Part shown: piece after piece, positions 33,201-50,700 of the stretch
Numbering within the stretch: position 1 is the stretch's first letter
Layout of the letters: every line of letters begins with the position of its first letter
Source: the human T2T-CHM13v2.0 reference genome, Homo sapiens
Reading direction: 5' to 3' (one strand)
Assembly: GCF_009914755.1 (NCBI RefSeq)
Contig: NC_060927.1
Length of the DNA stretch: 64,000 nucleotides
Program-made: the position numbers and the translations under genes
Notes under the pieces: model-generated
What the model saw: the letters and a program-made list of their open reading frames with translations, nothing else
Database searches by the model: none
Told to the model about the DNA's origin: nothing

Positions 33201-36200
33201 CATAAAATAACAAAGTACACCAGATATATATTTTATAGTGTACATAAAATATCAAAGCACCCAAACTATACATTACATACTGTACATAAAATATGGAATT
33301 ATATCAAATATATATTATATTAGGTACGTAAAATATGAAAGCACATCAAATATAGATTATATACCATACATAAAATATAAAGGAACCCCAAATATATATG
33401 ATATACTGTACATGAAATATCAAAGTTCACAAACTATATATTATATACTGTAGATAAAATATCAAAGTACTCAAGGTATATATTCTATACTGTAAAAAAA
33501 ATATCAAAGTACCCAAAGCATGTATTATATACTGTCCATAAAATATGAAAGTACATCAAATATATATTTTATTCTGTACATAAAATAACAAAGTATACCA
33601 GATATATATTTTATAGTGTACATAAAATATCAAAGTACCCAAACTATACATTACATACTGTACATAAAATATGGAATTACATCAAATATATAGTATATTA
33701 GGTACGTAAAATATGAAAGTACATCAAATATAGATTATATACCATACATAAAAGATAAAGGAACCCCAAATATATATGATATACTGTACATGAAATATCA
33801 AAGTTCACAAGCTATATATTATATACTGTAGATAAAATATCAAAGTACCCAAGGTATATATTCTATACTGTACAAAAAATATCAAAGTACCCAAAGCATG
33901 TATTATATACTGTACATAAAATATGAAAGTACATCAAATATATATTTTATTCTGCACATAAAATAACAAAGTACACCAGATATATATTTTATAGTGTACA
34001 TAATATATCAAAGTACCCAAACTATACATTATATACTGTACATAAAATATGGAATTACATCAAATATATATTATATTAGGTACGTAAAATATGAAAGTAC
34101 ATCAAATATAGATTATATACCATACATAAAATATAAAGTAACCCCAAATATATATGATATACTGTACATGAAATATCAAAGTTCACCAACTATATATTAT
34201 ATACTGTAGATAAAATATCAAAGTACCCAAGGTATATATTCTATACTGTACAAAAAATATCAAAGTACCCAAAGCATGTATTATATACTGTACATAAAAT
34301 ATGAAAGTACATCAAATATATATTTAATTCTGTACATAAAATAACAAAGTACACCAGATATATAGTTTATAGTGTACATAAAATATGAAATTACCCAAAC
34401 TATACATTACATACTGTACATAAAATATGGAATTACATCAAATATATATTATATTAGGTACGTAAAATATGAAAGTACATCAAATATAGATTATATACCA
34501 TACATAAAATATAAAGTAACCCCAAATATATATGATATACTGTACATGAAATATCAAAGTTCACAAACTATATATTATATACTGTAGATAAAATATCAAA
34601 GTTCCCAAGGTATATATACTATACTGTAAACAAAATATCAAAGTACCCAAAGCATGTATTATATACTGTACATAAAATATGAAAGCACACCAAATATATA
34701 TTATAGTAGGTACATAAAATATGAAAGTACATAAAATATAGATGATATACTGTACATAAAATATCAAAGTGGCCCAAATATACATTATACAGTGTACATG
34801 AAATATCAAAATTTACAAAATATATATTATATAATGTACATAAAATATCAAAGTACCCAAAGGAAGTATTATATACTGTACATAAAAGATGAAAGTACAT
34901 CAAATATATATTTTATTCTGTACATAAAATATCAAAGTACACCAGATATATATTTTATAGTGTACATAAAATATCAAGGAACCCAAACTATACATTATAT
35001 ACTGTACATAAAATATGGAATTACATCAAATATATATTATATTAGGTATGTAAAATATGAAAGTACATCAAATATAGATTATATACCATACATAAAATAT
35101 AAAGGAACCCCAAATATATATGATATACTGTACATGAAATATCAAAGTTCACAAACTATATATTATATACTGTAGATAAAATATCAAAGTACCCAAGGTA
35201 TATATTCTATACTGTACAAAAAATATCAAAGTACCCAAAGCATGTATTATATACTGTACATAAAATATGAAAGTACATCAAATATATATTTTATTCTGTA
35301 CATAAAATAACAAAGTACACCAGATATATATTTTATAGTGTACATAAAATATCAAAGCACCCAAACTATACATTACATACTGTACATAAAATATGGAATT
35401 ATATCAAATATATATTATATTAGGTACGTAAAATATGAAAGCACATCAAATATAGATTATATACCATACATAAAATATAAAGGAACCCCAAATATATATG
35501 ATATACTGTACATGAAATATCAAAGTTCACAAACTATATATTATATACTGTACATAAAATATCAAAGTACTCAAGGTATATATTCTATACTGTAAAAAAA
35601 ATATCAAAGTACCCAAAGCATGTATTATATACTGTACATAAAATATGAAAGTACATCAAATATATATTTTATTCTGTACATAAAATAACAAAGTACACCA
35701 GATATATATTTTATAGTGTACATAAAATATCAAAGTACCCAAACTATACATTACATACTGTACATAAAATATGGAATTACATCAAATATATATTATATTA
35801 GGTACGTAAAATATGAAAGTACATCAAATATAGATTATATACCATACATAAAATATAAAGGAACCCCAAATATATATGATATACTGTACATGAAATATCA
35901 AAGTTCACAAACTATATATTATATACTGTAGATAAAATATCAAAGTACCCAAGGTATATATTCTATACTGTACAAAAAATATCAAAGTACCCAAAGCATG
36001 TATTATATACTGTACATAAAATATGAAAGTACATCAAAAAAATATTTTATTCTGTACATAAAATAACAAAGTACACCAGATATATATTTTATAGTGTACA
36101 TAAAATATGAAATTACCCAAACTATACATTACATACTGTACATAAAATATGGAATTACATCAAATATATATTATATTAGGTACGTAAAATATGAAAGTAC

Positions 36201-39200
36201 ATCAAATATAGATTATATACCATACATAAAATATAAAGTAACCCCAAATATATATGATATACTGTACATGAAATATCAAAGTTCACAAACTGTATATTAT
36301 ATACTGTAGATAAAATATCAAAGTTCCCAAGGTATATATACTATACTTTAAAAAAAATATCAAAGTACCCAAAGCATGTATTATATACTGTACATAAAAT
36401 ATGAAAGCACACCAAATATATATTATAGTAGGTACATAAAATATGAAAGTACATAAAATATAGATGATATACTGTACATAAAATATCAAAGTAGCCCAAA
36501 TATACATTACAGAGTGTACATGAAATATCAAAATTTACAAAATATATATTATATAATGTACATAAAATATCAAAGTACCCAAAGCAAGTATTATATACTG
36601 TACATAAAAGATGAAAGTACATCAAATATATATTTTATTCTGTACATAAAATATCAAAGTACACCAGATATATATTTTATAGTGTACATAAAATATCAAG
36701 GTACCCAAACTATACATTATACACTGTACAAAAAATATGAAATTACATCAAATATATATTATATTAGGTATGTAAGATATGAAAGTACATCAAATATAGA
36801 TTATATACTGTACATAATATATAAAAGAACCCCAACTATATATTATATACTGTACATGAAATATCAAAATACACAAACTATATATTATATACTGTACATA
36901 AAATATCAAAGTACCCAAGGTATATATTCTATACTGTACAAAAAATATCAAAGTACCCAAAGCATGTATTATATACTGTACATAAAATATGAAAGTACAT
37001 CAAATATATATTATATTAGGTACGTAAAATATGAAAGTACATCAAATATAGATTATGTACCATACATAAAATACAAAGGAACCCCAAATATATATGATAT
37101 ACTGTACATGAAATATCAAAGTTCACAAACTATATATTATATACTGTAGATAAAATATCAAAGTACCCAAGGTATATATTCTATACTGTACAAAAAATAT
37201 CAAAGTACCAAAAGCATGTATTATATACTGTACATAAAATATGAAAGTACATCAAATATATATTTTATACTGTACATAAAATAACAAAGTACACCAGATA
37301 TATATTTTATAGTGTACATAAAATATGAAATTACCCAAACTATACATTACATACTGTACATAAAATATGGAATTACATCAAATATATATTATATTAGGTA
37401 CGTAAAATATGAAAGTACATCAAATATAGATTATATACCATACATAAAATATAAAGGAACCCCAAATATATATGATATACTGTACATGAAATATCAAAGT
37501 TCACAAACTATATATTATATACTGTAGATAAAATATCAAAGTACCCAAGGTATATATTCTATACTGTACAAAAAATATCAAAGTACCCAAAGCAAGTATT
37601 ATATACTGTACATAAAATATGAAAGTACATCAAATATATATTTTATTCTGTACATAAAATAACAAAGTACACCATATATATATTTTATAGTGTACATAAA
37701 ATATGAAATTACCCAAACTATACATTACATACTGTACATAAAATATGGAATTACATCAAATATATATTATATTAGGTACGTAAAATATGAAAGTACATCA
37801 AATATAGATTATATACCATACATAAAATTTAAAGGAACCCCAAATATATATGATATACTGTACATGAAATATCAAAGTTCACAAACTGTATATTATATAC
37901 TGTAGATAAAATATCAAAGTACCCAAGGTATATATTCTATACTGTACAAAAAATATCAAAGTTCCCAAAGCATGTATTATATACTGTACATAAAATATGA
38001 AAGTACATCAAATATATATTTTATACTGTACATAAAATAACAAAGTACACCAGATATATATTTTATAGTGTACATAAAATATGAAATTACCCAAACTATA
38101 CATTACATACTGTACATAAAATATGGAATTACATCAAATATATATTATATTAGGTACGTAAAATATGAAAGTACATCAAATATAGATTATATACCATACA
38201 TAAAATATAAAGGAACCCCAAATATATATGATATACTGTACATGAAATATCAAAGTTCACAAACTATATATTATATACTGTAGATAAAATATCAAAGTAC
38301 CCAAGGTATATATTCTATACTGTACAAAAAATATCAAAGTACCCAAAGCATGTATTATATACTGTACATAAAATATGAAAGTACATCAAATATATATTTT
38401 ATTCTGTACATAAAATAACAAAGTACACCAGATATATATTTTATAGTGTACATAAAATATGAAATTACCCAAACTATACATTACATACTGTACATAAAAT
38501 ATGGAATTACATCAAATATATATTATATTAGGTACGTAAAATATGAAAGTACATCAAATATAGATTATATACCATACATAAAATATAAAGGATCCCAAAA
38601 TATATATGATATTCTGTACATGAAATATCAAAGTTCACAAACTATATATTATATACTGTAGATAAAATATCAAAGTACCCAAGGTATATATTCTATACTG
38701 TAAAAAAAATATCAGAGTACCCAAAGCATGTATTATATACTGTACATAAAATATGAAAGCACATCAAATATATATTATATTAGGTACATAAAATATGAAA
38801 GTACATAAAATATAGATGATATACTGTACATAAAATATCAAAGTAGCCCAAATATATATTATACAGTGTACATAAAATATCAAAATTTACAAAATATATA
38901 TTATATAATGTACATAAAATATCAAAGTACCCAAAGCAAGTATTATATACTGTACATAAAAGATGAAAGTACATCAAATATATATTTTATTCTGTACATA
39001 AAATATCAAAGTACAACAGATATATATTTTATAGTGTACATAAAATATCAAGGTACCCAAACTATACATTATACACTGTACATAAAATATGAAATTACAT
39101 CAAATATATATTATATTAGGTACGTAAGATATGAAAGTACATCAAATATAGATTATATACTGTACATAATATATAAAAGAACCCCAACTATATATTATAT

Positions 39201-39600
39201 ACTGTACATGAAATATCAAAATACACAAACTATATATTATATACTGTACATAAAATATCAAAGTACCCAAGGTATATATTCTATACTGTACAAAAAATAT
39301 CAAAGTACCCAAAGCATGTATTATATACTGTACATAAAATATGAAAGTACATCAAATATATATTTTATTCTGTACATAAAATAACAAAGTACACCAGATA
39401 TATATTTTATAGTGTACATAAAATATGAAATTACCCAAACTATACATTACATACTGTACATAAAATATGGAATTACATCAAATATATATTATATTAGGTA
39501 CGTATAATATGAAAGTACATCAAATATAGATTATATACCATACATAAAATATAAAGGAACCCCAAATATATATGATATACTGTACATGAAATATCAAAGT
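30270..39600 (+). repeat. Subdomain Y1: 378-bp units with a distinct haplotype, interspersed with 588-bp rearranged cassettes
   Basis: Linked variants in most units: ataccatacata, ataaaggaacccc, tatatgatat, tgtagataa, atatggaatt, ggtacgtaaa, taacaaagtacaccag, ttttatagtg. 71-aa ORFs repeat at 378-bp spacing. Confidence 0.88.
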
Positions 39601-42600
39601 TCACAAACTATATATTATATACTGTACATAAAATATCAATGTACCCAAGGTATATATTCTATAGTGTACAAAAAATATCAAAGTACCCAAAGCATGTATT
39701 ATATACTGTACATAAAATATGAAAGTACATCAAATATATATTTTATTCTGTACATAAAATATCAAAGTACACGCAATATATATTCTATACTGTAGATAAA
39801 ATATAAAAGTACCCAAACTATACATTACATCCTTTACATAAAAGATGAGATTACATCAAAAATATATTATATTAGGTACGTAAAATATGAAAGTACATCA
39901 AATATAGATTATATGCTGTACATAAAATACCAAAGTACCCCAAATATATATTTTATACTGTACATGAAATATCAAAGTTCTCAAACTATATATTATATAC
40001 TGTACATAAAATATCAAAGTACCCAAGGTATATATTCTATACTGTACAAAAAATATCAAAGTACCCAAAGCATGTATTATATGCTGTACATAAAATATGA
40101 AAGTACATCAAATATATATTTTATTCTGTACATAAAATATCAAAGTACACCAAATATATATTCTATACTGTACATAAAATATCAAAATACCCAAACTATA
40201 CAGTATATACTGTACATAAAATATGAAATTACATCAAATATATATTATATTAGGTACATAAAATATGAAAGTACATCAAATATAGATTATATACTGTACA
40301 TAAAATATCAAAGTACCCAAATATATATTATATACTGTACATGAAATATCAAAGTTCACAAACTATATATTATATACTGTACATAAAATATCAAAGTACC
40401 CAACGTATATATTCTATACTGTACAAAAAATATCAAAGTACCCAAAGCATGTATTATATACTGTACATAAAATATGAAAGTACATCAAATATATATTTGA
40501 TTCTGTACATAAAATAACAAAGTACACCAGATATATATTTTATAGTGTACATAAAATATCAAAGTACCCAAACTATACATTACATGCTGTACATAAAATA
40601 TGAAATTATATCAAATATATATTATATTAGGAACATAAAATATGAAAGTACAACAAATATAGATTATTAACTGTACATAAAATATCAAAGTACCCCAAAT
40701 ATATATTATATACTGTACATGAGATATCAAACTTCACAAACTATATATTATATAGTGTACATAAAATATCAAAGTACCCAAGGTATATATTCTATACTGT
40801 ACAAAAAATATCAAAGTACCCAAAGCATGTATTATATAGTGTACATAAAAGATGAAAGTACATCAAATATATATTTTATTCTGTACATAAAATATCAAAG
40901 TACACCAGATATATATTTTATAGTGTACATAAAATATCAAAGTACCCAAACTATACATTATATACTGTACATAAAATATGAAATTACATCAAATATATAT
41001 TATATTAGGTACATAAAATATGAAAGTACATCAAATATAGATTATATACTGTACATAAAATTTAAAAGTACCCCAAATATATATTATATACTGTACATGA
41101 AATATCAAAACACACAAACTATATATTATATACTGTAGAAAAAATATCAAAGTACCCAAAGCAAGTATTATATACTGCACATAAAAGATGAAAGTACATC
41201 AAATATATATTTTATTCTGTACATAAAATATCAAAGTACACCAGATATATATTTTATAGTGTACATAAAATATCAAGGTACCCAAACTATACATTATATA
41301 CTGTACATAAAATATGAAATTACATCAAATATATATTATATTAGGTACCTAAAATATGAAAGTACATCAAATATAGATTATTAAGTGTACATAAAATATC
41401 AAAGAACCCCAAATATATATTATATACTGTACATGAAATATCAAAGTTCACAAACTATATATTATATACTGTACATAAAATATCAAAGTACCCAAGGTAT
41501 ATATTCTATACTGTACAAAAAATATCAAAGTACCCAAAGCATGTATTATATACTGTACATAAAATATGAAAGTACATCAAATATATATTTGATTCTGTAC
41601 ATAAAATAACAAAGTACACCAGATATATATTTTATAGTGCACATAAAATATCAAAGTACCCAAACTATACATTACATGCTGTACATAAAATATGAAATTA
41701 CATCAAATATATATTATATTAGGAACATAAAATATGAAAGTACATCAAATATAGATTATTAACTGTACATAAAATATCAAAGAACCACAAATATATATTA
41801 TATACTGTACATGAGATATCAAACTTCACAAACTATATATTATATACTGTACATAAAATATCAAAGTACCCAAGGTATATATTCTATACTGTACAAAAAA
41901 TATCAAAGTACCCAAAGCATGTATTATATACTGTACATAAAAGATGAAAGTACATCAAATATATATTTTATTCTGTACATAAAATATCAAAGTACACCAG
42001 ATATATATTTTATAGTGTACATAAAATATCAAGGTACCCAAACTATACATTATATACTGTACATAAAATATGAAATTACATCAAATATATATTATATTAG
42101 GTACGTAAAATATGAAAGTACATCAAATATAGATTATATACTGTACATAAAATGTAAAAGTACCCCAAATATATATTATATACTGTACATGAAATATCAA
42201 AACACACAAACTATATATTATATACTGTAGAAAAAATATCAAAGTATCCAAAGCAAGTATTATATACTGTACATAAAAGATGAAAGTACATCAAATATAT
42301 ATTTTATTCTGTACATAAAATATCAAAGTACACCAGATATATATTTTATAGTGTACATAAAATATCAAGGTACCCAAACTATACATTATATACTGTACAT
42401 AAAATATGAAATTACATCAAATATATATTATATTAGGTACGTAAAATATGAAAGTACATCAAATATAGATTATATACTGTACATAAAATATAAAAGAACC
42501 CCAAATATATATTATATACTGTACATGAAATATCAAAATACAGAAACTATATATTATATACTGTACATAAAATATCAAAGTACCCAAGGTATATATTCTA

Positions 42601-43250
42601 TACTGTACAAAAAATATCAAAGTACCCAAAACATGTATTATATACTGTACATAAAATATGAAAGTACATCAAATACATATTTTATTGAGTACATAAAATA
42701 ACAAAGTACACCAGATATATATTTTATAGTGTACATAAAATATCAAAGTACCCAACTATACATTACATACTGTACATAAAATATGAAATTACATCAAATA
42801 TATATTATATTAGGAATATAAAATATGAAAGTACATCAAATATAGATTATATACTGTACATAAAAATCAAAGTACACCAAATATATATTATATAGTGTAC
42901 ATGAAATATTAAAGTTCAGAAACTATATATTATATACTGTACATAAAAGACGAAAGTACATAAAATATATATGTTATTCTGTACATAAAGTATCAAAGTT
43001 CGCCAGATATATATTTTGTAGTGTACATAAAATATCAAATACCGAAACTATACATTATATACTGTACATAAAATATGAAATTACATCAAATATATATTAT
43101 ATTAGTTACCTAAAATATGAAAGTACATCAAATATAGATGATTAACTGTACATAAAATACCAACGTAACTCAAATATATATTTTATACTGTACATGGAAT
43201 ATCAAAGTTCACAAACTATATATTATATACTGTACGTAAAATATCAAAGA
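39600..43250 (+). repeat. Subdomain Z1 with a short X-like lead-in: gattattaa and aaagatgaaag variants, 1092-bp internal duplication
   Basis: gattattaa at ~40662, 41375 and 41754. ORFs 40719 and 41811 are 1092 bp (26 monomers) apart and share gagatatcaaacttcac. Confidence 0.7.
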
Positions 43251-46200
43251 ACTCAAGGTATATATTCTATACTGTATAAATAATATCAAAGTACCCAAAG
43301 CATGTATTATATACTGTACATAAAATATGAAAGTACATCAAATATATATTTTATTCTGTACATAAGATATCAAAGTAAACCAGATATATATTCTATACTG
43401 TACATAAAATATCAAAGTACCCAAACTATACATTATATACTGTACATAAAATATGAAATTACATCCAATATATATTATATTAGTTACATAAAATATGAAA
43501 GTACATCAAATATAGATTATATACTGTACATAAAATACGAACGTACCCCAAATATATATTTTATACTGTACATGAAATATCAAAGTTCACAAACTATATA
43601 TTATATACTGTACATAATATAACAAAGAACTCAAGGTATATATTCTATACTGTACAAAAAATATATAAGCACCCAAAGCATGTATTATATACTGTACATA
43701 AAACATGAAAGTACATCAAATATATATTTTATTCTGTACATAAGATATCAAAATAAACAAAATATATATTCTCTACTGTACATAAAATATCAAAGTACCC
43801 AAACTATATATTATGTACTGTACATAAAATATGAAATTACATAAATATAAATTATACTAGGTATATAAAATATGAAAGTACATCAAATATAGATTATATA
43901 CTGTACATAAAATATCAAAGTACCCCAAATATATATTATATACTGTACATGAAATATCAAAGTTCACAAACTATATATTATATACTGTACATAAAATATG
44001 AATATACCCAAGGTATATATTCTATACTGTACAAAAAATATCAAAGTACTCAAAGCATGTATTATATACTGTACATAAAATATGAAAGTACATCAAATAT
44101 ATATTTTATTCTGTACATAAATTATCAAAGTACACCAAATATATATTCTACAGTGTACATAAAATATCAAAGAACCCAAACTATACATTATATACTGTAC
44201 ATAAAATATGAAATTACATCAAATATATATTATATTAGGTACATAAAATATGAAAGTACAACAAATATAGATTATATACTGTACATAAAATATCAAAGTA
44301 CCCCAAATATATATTATATACTGTACATGAAATATCAAAGTTCACAAACTATATATTATATACTGCACATAAAATATCAAAGTACCCAAAGTATATATTC
44401 TATACTGTAGAAAAAATATCAAAGTACCCAAAGCATGTATTATATACTGTTCATAAAATATGAAAGTACATCAAATATATATTTTATTCTGTACATAAAA
44501 TATCAAAGTACACCAAATATATATTCTAAAGTGTACATAAAATATCAAACTACCCAAACTATACATTATATACTGTACATAAAATATGAAATTACATCAA
44601 ATATATATTATATTAGGTACATAAAATATGAAAGTACATCAAATATAGATTATATACTGTACATAAAATACCAACGTAACCAAAATATATATTTTATACT
44701 GTACATGAAATATCAAAGTTCACAAACTATATAGTATATATTGTACATAAAATATGAATATACCCAAGGTATATATCCTATACTGTACAAAAAATATCAT
44801 AGTACCCAAAGCATGTATTATATACTGTACATAAAATATGAAAGTACATCAAATATATATTTTATTCTGTACATAAAATATCAAAGTACACCAAATATAT
44901 ATTCTAAAGTGTACATAAAATATCAAAGTACCCACACTATACATTATATACTGTACATAAAATATGAAATTACATCAAATATATATTATATTAGGTACAT
45001 AAAATATGAAAGTACATCAAATATAGATTATATACTGTCCATAAAATACCAAAGTACCTCAAATATAAATTTTATACTGTACATGAAGTATCAAAGTTCA
45101 CAAACTATATATTATATACTGCACATAAAATATCAAAGTACCCAAGGTATACATTCTATACTGTGCAAAAAATATCAAAGTACCCAAACATGTATTATAT
45201 ACTGTACATAAAATATGAAAGTACATCAAATATATATTTTATTCTGTACATAAAATATCAAAGTACACCAAATATATATTCTATAGTGTACATCAAATAC
45301 CAAAGTACCCAAACTATACATTATATACTGTACATAAAATATGAAATTATATCAAATATATATTATATTAGGTACATAAAATATGAAAATACATCAAATA
45401 TAGATTATATACTGTACATAAAATATCAAAGTACCACAAATATATATTATATACTGTACATGAAATATCATAGTTCACAAACTATATATTATATGCTGAA
45501 CATAAAATAACAAAGTACCCAATGTATATATTCTATACTGTACAAAAAATATCAACGTACCCAATGCATGTATTATACACTGTACATAAAATATGAAAGT
45601 ACATCAAATATATATTTTATTCTGTACAAAAAATATCAAAGTACACCAAACATATATTCTATAGTGTACATAAAATATCAAATTACCCAAACTATACATT
45701 ATATACTGTACATAAAATATGAAATTACATCAAATATATATTATATTAGGTACGTAAAATATGAAAGTACATCAAATATAGATTATATACTGTACATAAA
45801 ATATAAAAGAACCCCAAATATATATTATATACTGTACATGAAATATCAAAATACAGAAACTATATATTATATACTGTACATAAAATATCAAAGTACCCAA
45901 GGTATATATTCTATACTGTACAAAAAATATCAAAGTACCCAAAGCATGTATTATATACTGTACATAAAATATGAAAGTACATCAAATATATATTTTATTC
46001 TGTACATAAAATATCAAAGTACACCAAATATATATTCTAAAGTGTACATAAAATATCAAAGTACCCAAACTATACATTATATACTGTACATAAAATATGA
46101 AATTACATCAAATGTATATTATATTAGGTAAATAAAATATGAAAGTACATCAAATATAGATTATATGCTGTACAAAAAATATCAAAGTACCCCAAATATA

Positions 46201-47740
46201 TATTATATACTGTACATGAAATATCAAAGTTCACAAACTATATATTATATACTGTACATAAAATATCAAAGTACCCAAGGTATATATTCTATACTGTACA
46301 AAAAATATCAAAGTACCCAAAGCATGTATTATATACTGTACATAAAATATGAAAGTACATCAAATATATATTTTATTCTGTACATAAAATATCAAAGTAC
46401 ACCAAATATATATTCTATAGTGTACATAAAATATCAAAGTACCCAAACTATACATTCTATACTGTACATAAAATATGAAATTACATCAAATATATATTAT
46501 ATTAGGTACATAAAATATGAAAGTACATCAAATATAGATTATATACTGTACATAAAATACCAAAGTACCCCAAATATATATTTTATACTGTACATGAAAT
46601 ATCAAAGTTCACAAACTATATAGTATATACTGTACATAAAATAACAAAGTACCCAAGGTATATATTCTATACTGTACAAAAAATATCAAAGTACCCAAAG
46701 CATGTATTATATACTGTACATAAAATATGAAAGTACATCAAATATATATTTTATTCTGTACAAAAGATATCAAAGTAAACCAAATATATATTCTATACTG
46801 TACATAAAATATCAAAGTACCCAAACTATACATTATATACTGTACATAAAATATGAAATTACATAATAATATATTATATTAGGTACATAAAATATGAAAG
46901 TACATCAAATATAGATTATATACTGTACATAAAATATCAAAGTACCCCAAATATATATTATATACTCTACATGAAATATCAAAGTTCACAAACTATATAT
47001 TATATACTGTACAGAAAATATGAATATACCCAAGGTATATATTCTATACTGTACAAAAAATATCAAAGTACCCAAACCATGTATTATATACTGTACATAA
47101 AATATGAAATTACATCAAATATATATTTTATTCTGTACATAAAATATCAAAGTACACCAAATATATATTCTATAGTGTACATAAAATATCAAAGTACCGA
47201 AACTATACATTATATACTGTACATAAAATATGAAATTACAGCAAATATATATTATGTTAGGTACATAAAATATGAAAGTACATCAAATATAGATTATATG
47301 CTGTACGAAAAATATCAAAGTACCCCAAATATATATTATATACTGTTCATGAAATATCAAAGTTCACAAACTATATATTATATACTGTACATAAAATATC
47401 AAAGTACCCAAGGTATATATTCTATACTGTACAAAAAATATCAAAGTACCCAAAGCATGTATTATATACTGTACATAAAATATGAAAGTACATCAATTAC
47501 ATATTTTATTCTGTACATAAAATATCAAAGTACACCAAATATATCTTCTATAGTGTACATAAAATATCAAAGTACCCAAACTATACATTATATACTGTAC
47601 ATAAAATATGAAATTACATCAAATATATATTATATTAGGTACATAAAATATGAAAGTACATCAAATATAGATTATATGCTGTACATAAAATACCAAAGTA
47701 CCCCAAATATATATTTTATACTGTACATGAAATATCAAAG
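43250..47740 (+). repeat. Subdomain X2: heterogeneous 378-bp units related to X1
   Basis: gaatataccc at ~44000, 44756 and 47022; agtaaacc at ~43374 and 46774; caccaaata in monomer F; tatatagtat at ~44728 and 46617. Confidence 0.72.
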
Positions 47741-50700
47741 TTCACAAACTGTATATTATATACTGTAGATAAAATATCAAAGTACCCAAGGTATATATTC
47801 TATACTGTAGAAAAAATATCAAAGTACCCAAAGCATGTATTATATACTGTACATAAAATATGAAAGTACATCAAATATATATTTTATTCTGTACATAAAA
47901 TAACAAAGTACACCAGATATATATTTTATAGTGTACATAAAATATCAAAGTACCCAAACTATACATTACATACTGTACATAAAATATGGAATTACATCAA
48001 ATATATATTATATTAGGTACGTAAAATATGAAAGTACATCAAATATAGATTATATACCATACATAAAATATAAAGGAACCCCAAATATATATGATATACT
48101 GTACATGAAATATCAAAGTTCACAAACTATATATTATATACTGTAGATAAAATATCAAAGTACCCAAGGTATATATTCTATACTGTAAAAAAAAATCAAA
48201 GTACCCAAAGCAAGTATTATATACTGTACATAAAATATGAAAGTACATCAAATATATATTTTATTCTGTACATAAAATAACAAAGTACACCAGATATATA
48301 TTTTATAGTGTACATAAAATATGAAATTACCCAAACTATACATTAAATACTGTACATAAAATATGGAATTACATCAAATATATATTATATTAGGTACGTA
48401 AAATATGAAAGTACATCAAATATAGATTATATACCATACATAAAATATAAAGGAACCCCAAATATATATGATATACTGTACATGAAATATCAAAGTTCAC
48501 AAACTATATATTATATACTGTAGATAAAATATCAAAGTACCCAAGGTATATATTCTATACTCTAAAAAAAATATCAAATTACCCAAAGCATGTATTATAT
48601 ACTGTACATAAAATATGAAAGCACATCAAATATATATTATATTAGGTACATAAAATATGAAAGTACATAAAATATAGATGATATACTGTACATAAAATAT
48701 CAAAGTAGCCCAAATATATACTATACAGTGTACATGAAATATCAAAATTTACAAAATATATATTATATAATGTACATAAAATATCAAAGTACCCAAAGGA
48801 AGTATTATATACTGTACATAAAAGATGAAAGCACATCAAATATATATTTTATTCTGTACATAAAATATCAAAGTACACCAGATATATATTTTATAGTGTA
48901 CATAAAATATCAAGGAACCCAAACTATACATTATATACTGTACATAAAATATGGAATTACATCAAATATATATTATATTAGGTATGTAAAATATGAAAGT
49001 ACATCAAATATAGATTATATACCATACATAAAATATAAAGGAACCGCAAATATATATGATATACTGTACATGAAATATCAAAGTTCACAAACTATATATT
49101 ATATACTGTAGATAAAATATCAAAGTACCCAAGGTATATATTCTATACTGTACAAAAAATATCAAAGTACCCAAAGCATGTATTATATACTGTACATAAA
49201 ATATGAAAGTACATCAAATATATATTTTATTCTGTACATAAAATAACAAAGTACACCAGATATATATTTTATAGTGTACATAAAATATCAAAGCACCCAA
49301 ACTATACATTACATACTGTACATAAAATATGGAATTATATCAAATATATATTATATTAGGTACGTAAAATATGAAAGCACATCAAATATAGATTATATAC
49401 CATACATAAAATATAAAGGAACCCCAAATATATATGATATACTGTACATGAAATATCAAAGTTCACAAACTATATATTATATACTGTACATAAAATATCA
49501 AAGTACTCAAGGTATATATTCTATACTGTAAAAAAAATATCAAAGTACCCAAAGCATGTATTATATACTGTACATAAAATATGAAAGTACATCAAATATA
49601 TATTTTATTTTGTACATAAAATAACATAGTACACCAGATATATATTTTATAGTGTACATAAAATATCAAAGTACCCAAACTATACATTACATACTGTACA
49701 TAAAATATGGAATTACATCAAATATATATTATATTAGGTACGTAAAATATGAAAGTACATCAAATATAGATTATATACCATACATAAAATATAAAGGAAC
49801 CCCAAATATATATGATATACTGTACATGAAATATCAAAGTTCACAAACTATATATTATATACTGTAGATAAAATATCAAAGTTCCCAAGGTATATATACT
49901 ATACTGTAAAAAAAAATCAAAGTACCCAAAGCATGTATTATATACTGTACATAAAATATGAAAGCACACCAAATATATATTATAGTTGGTACATAAAATA
50001 TGAAAGTACATAAAATATAGATGATATACTGTACATAAAATATCAAAGTAGCCCAAATATACATTACAGAGTGTACATGAAATATCAAAATTTACAAAAT
50101 ATATATTATATAATGTACATAAAATATCAAAGTACCCAAAGCAAGTATTATATACTGTACATAAAAGATGAAAGTACATCAAATATATATTTTATTCTGT
50201 ACATAAAATATCAAAGTACACCAGATATATATTTTATAGTGTACATAAAATATCAAGGTACCCAAACTATACATTATACACTGTACATAAAATATGAAAT
50301 TACATCAAATATATATTATATTAGGTACGTAAGATATGAAAGTACATCAAATATAGATTATATACTGTACATAATATATAAAAGAACCCCAACTATATAT
50401 TATATACTGTACATGAAATATCAAAATACACAAACTATATATTATATACTGTACATAAAATATCAAAGTACCCAAGGTATATATTCTATACTGTACAAAA
50501 AATATCAAAGTACCCAAAGCATGTATTATATACTGTACATAAAATATGAAAGTACATCAAATATATATTATATTAGGTACGTAAAATATGAAAGTACATC
50601 AAATATAGATTATGTACCATACATAAAATACAAAGGAACCCCAAATATATATGATATATTGTACATGAAATATCAAAGTTCACAAACTATATATTATATA

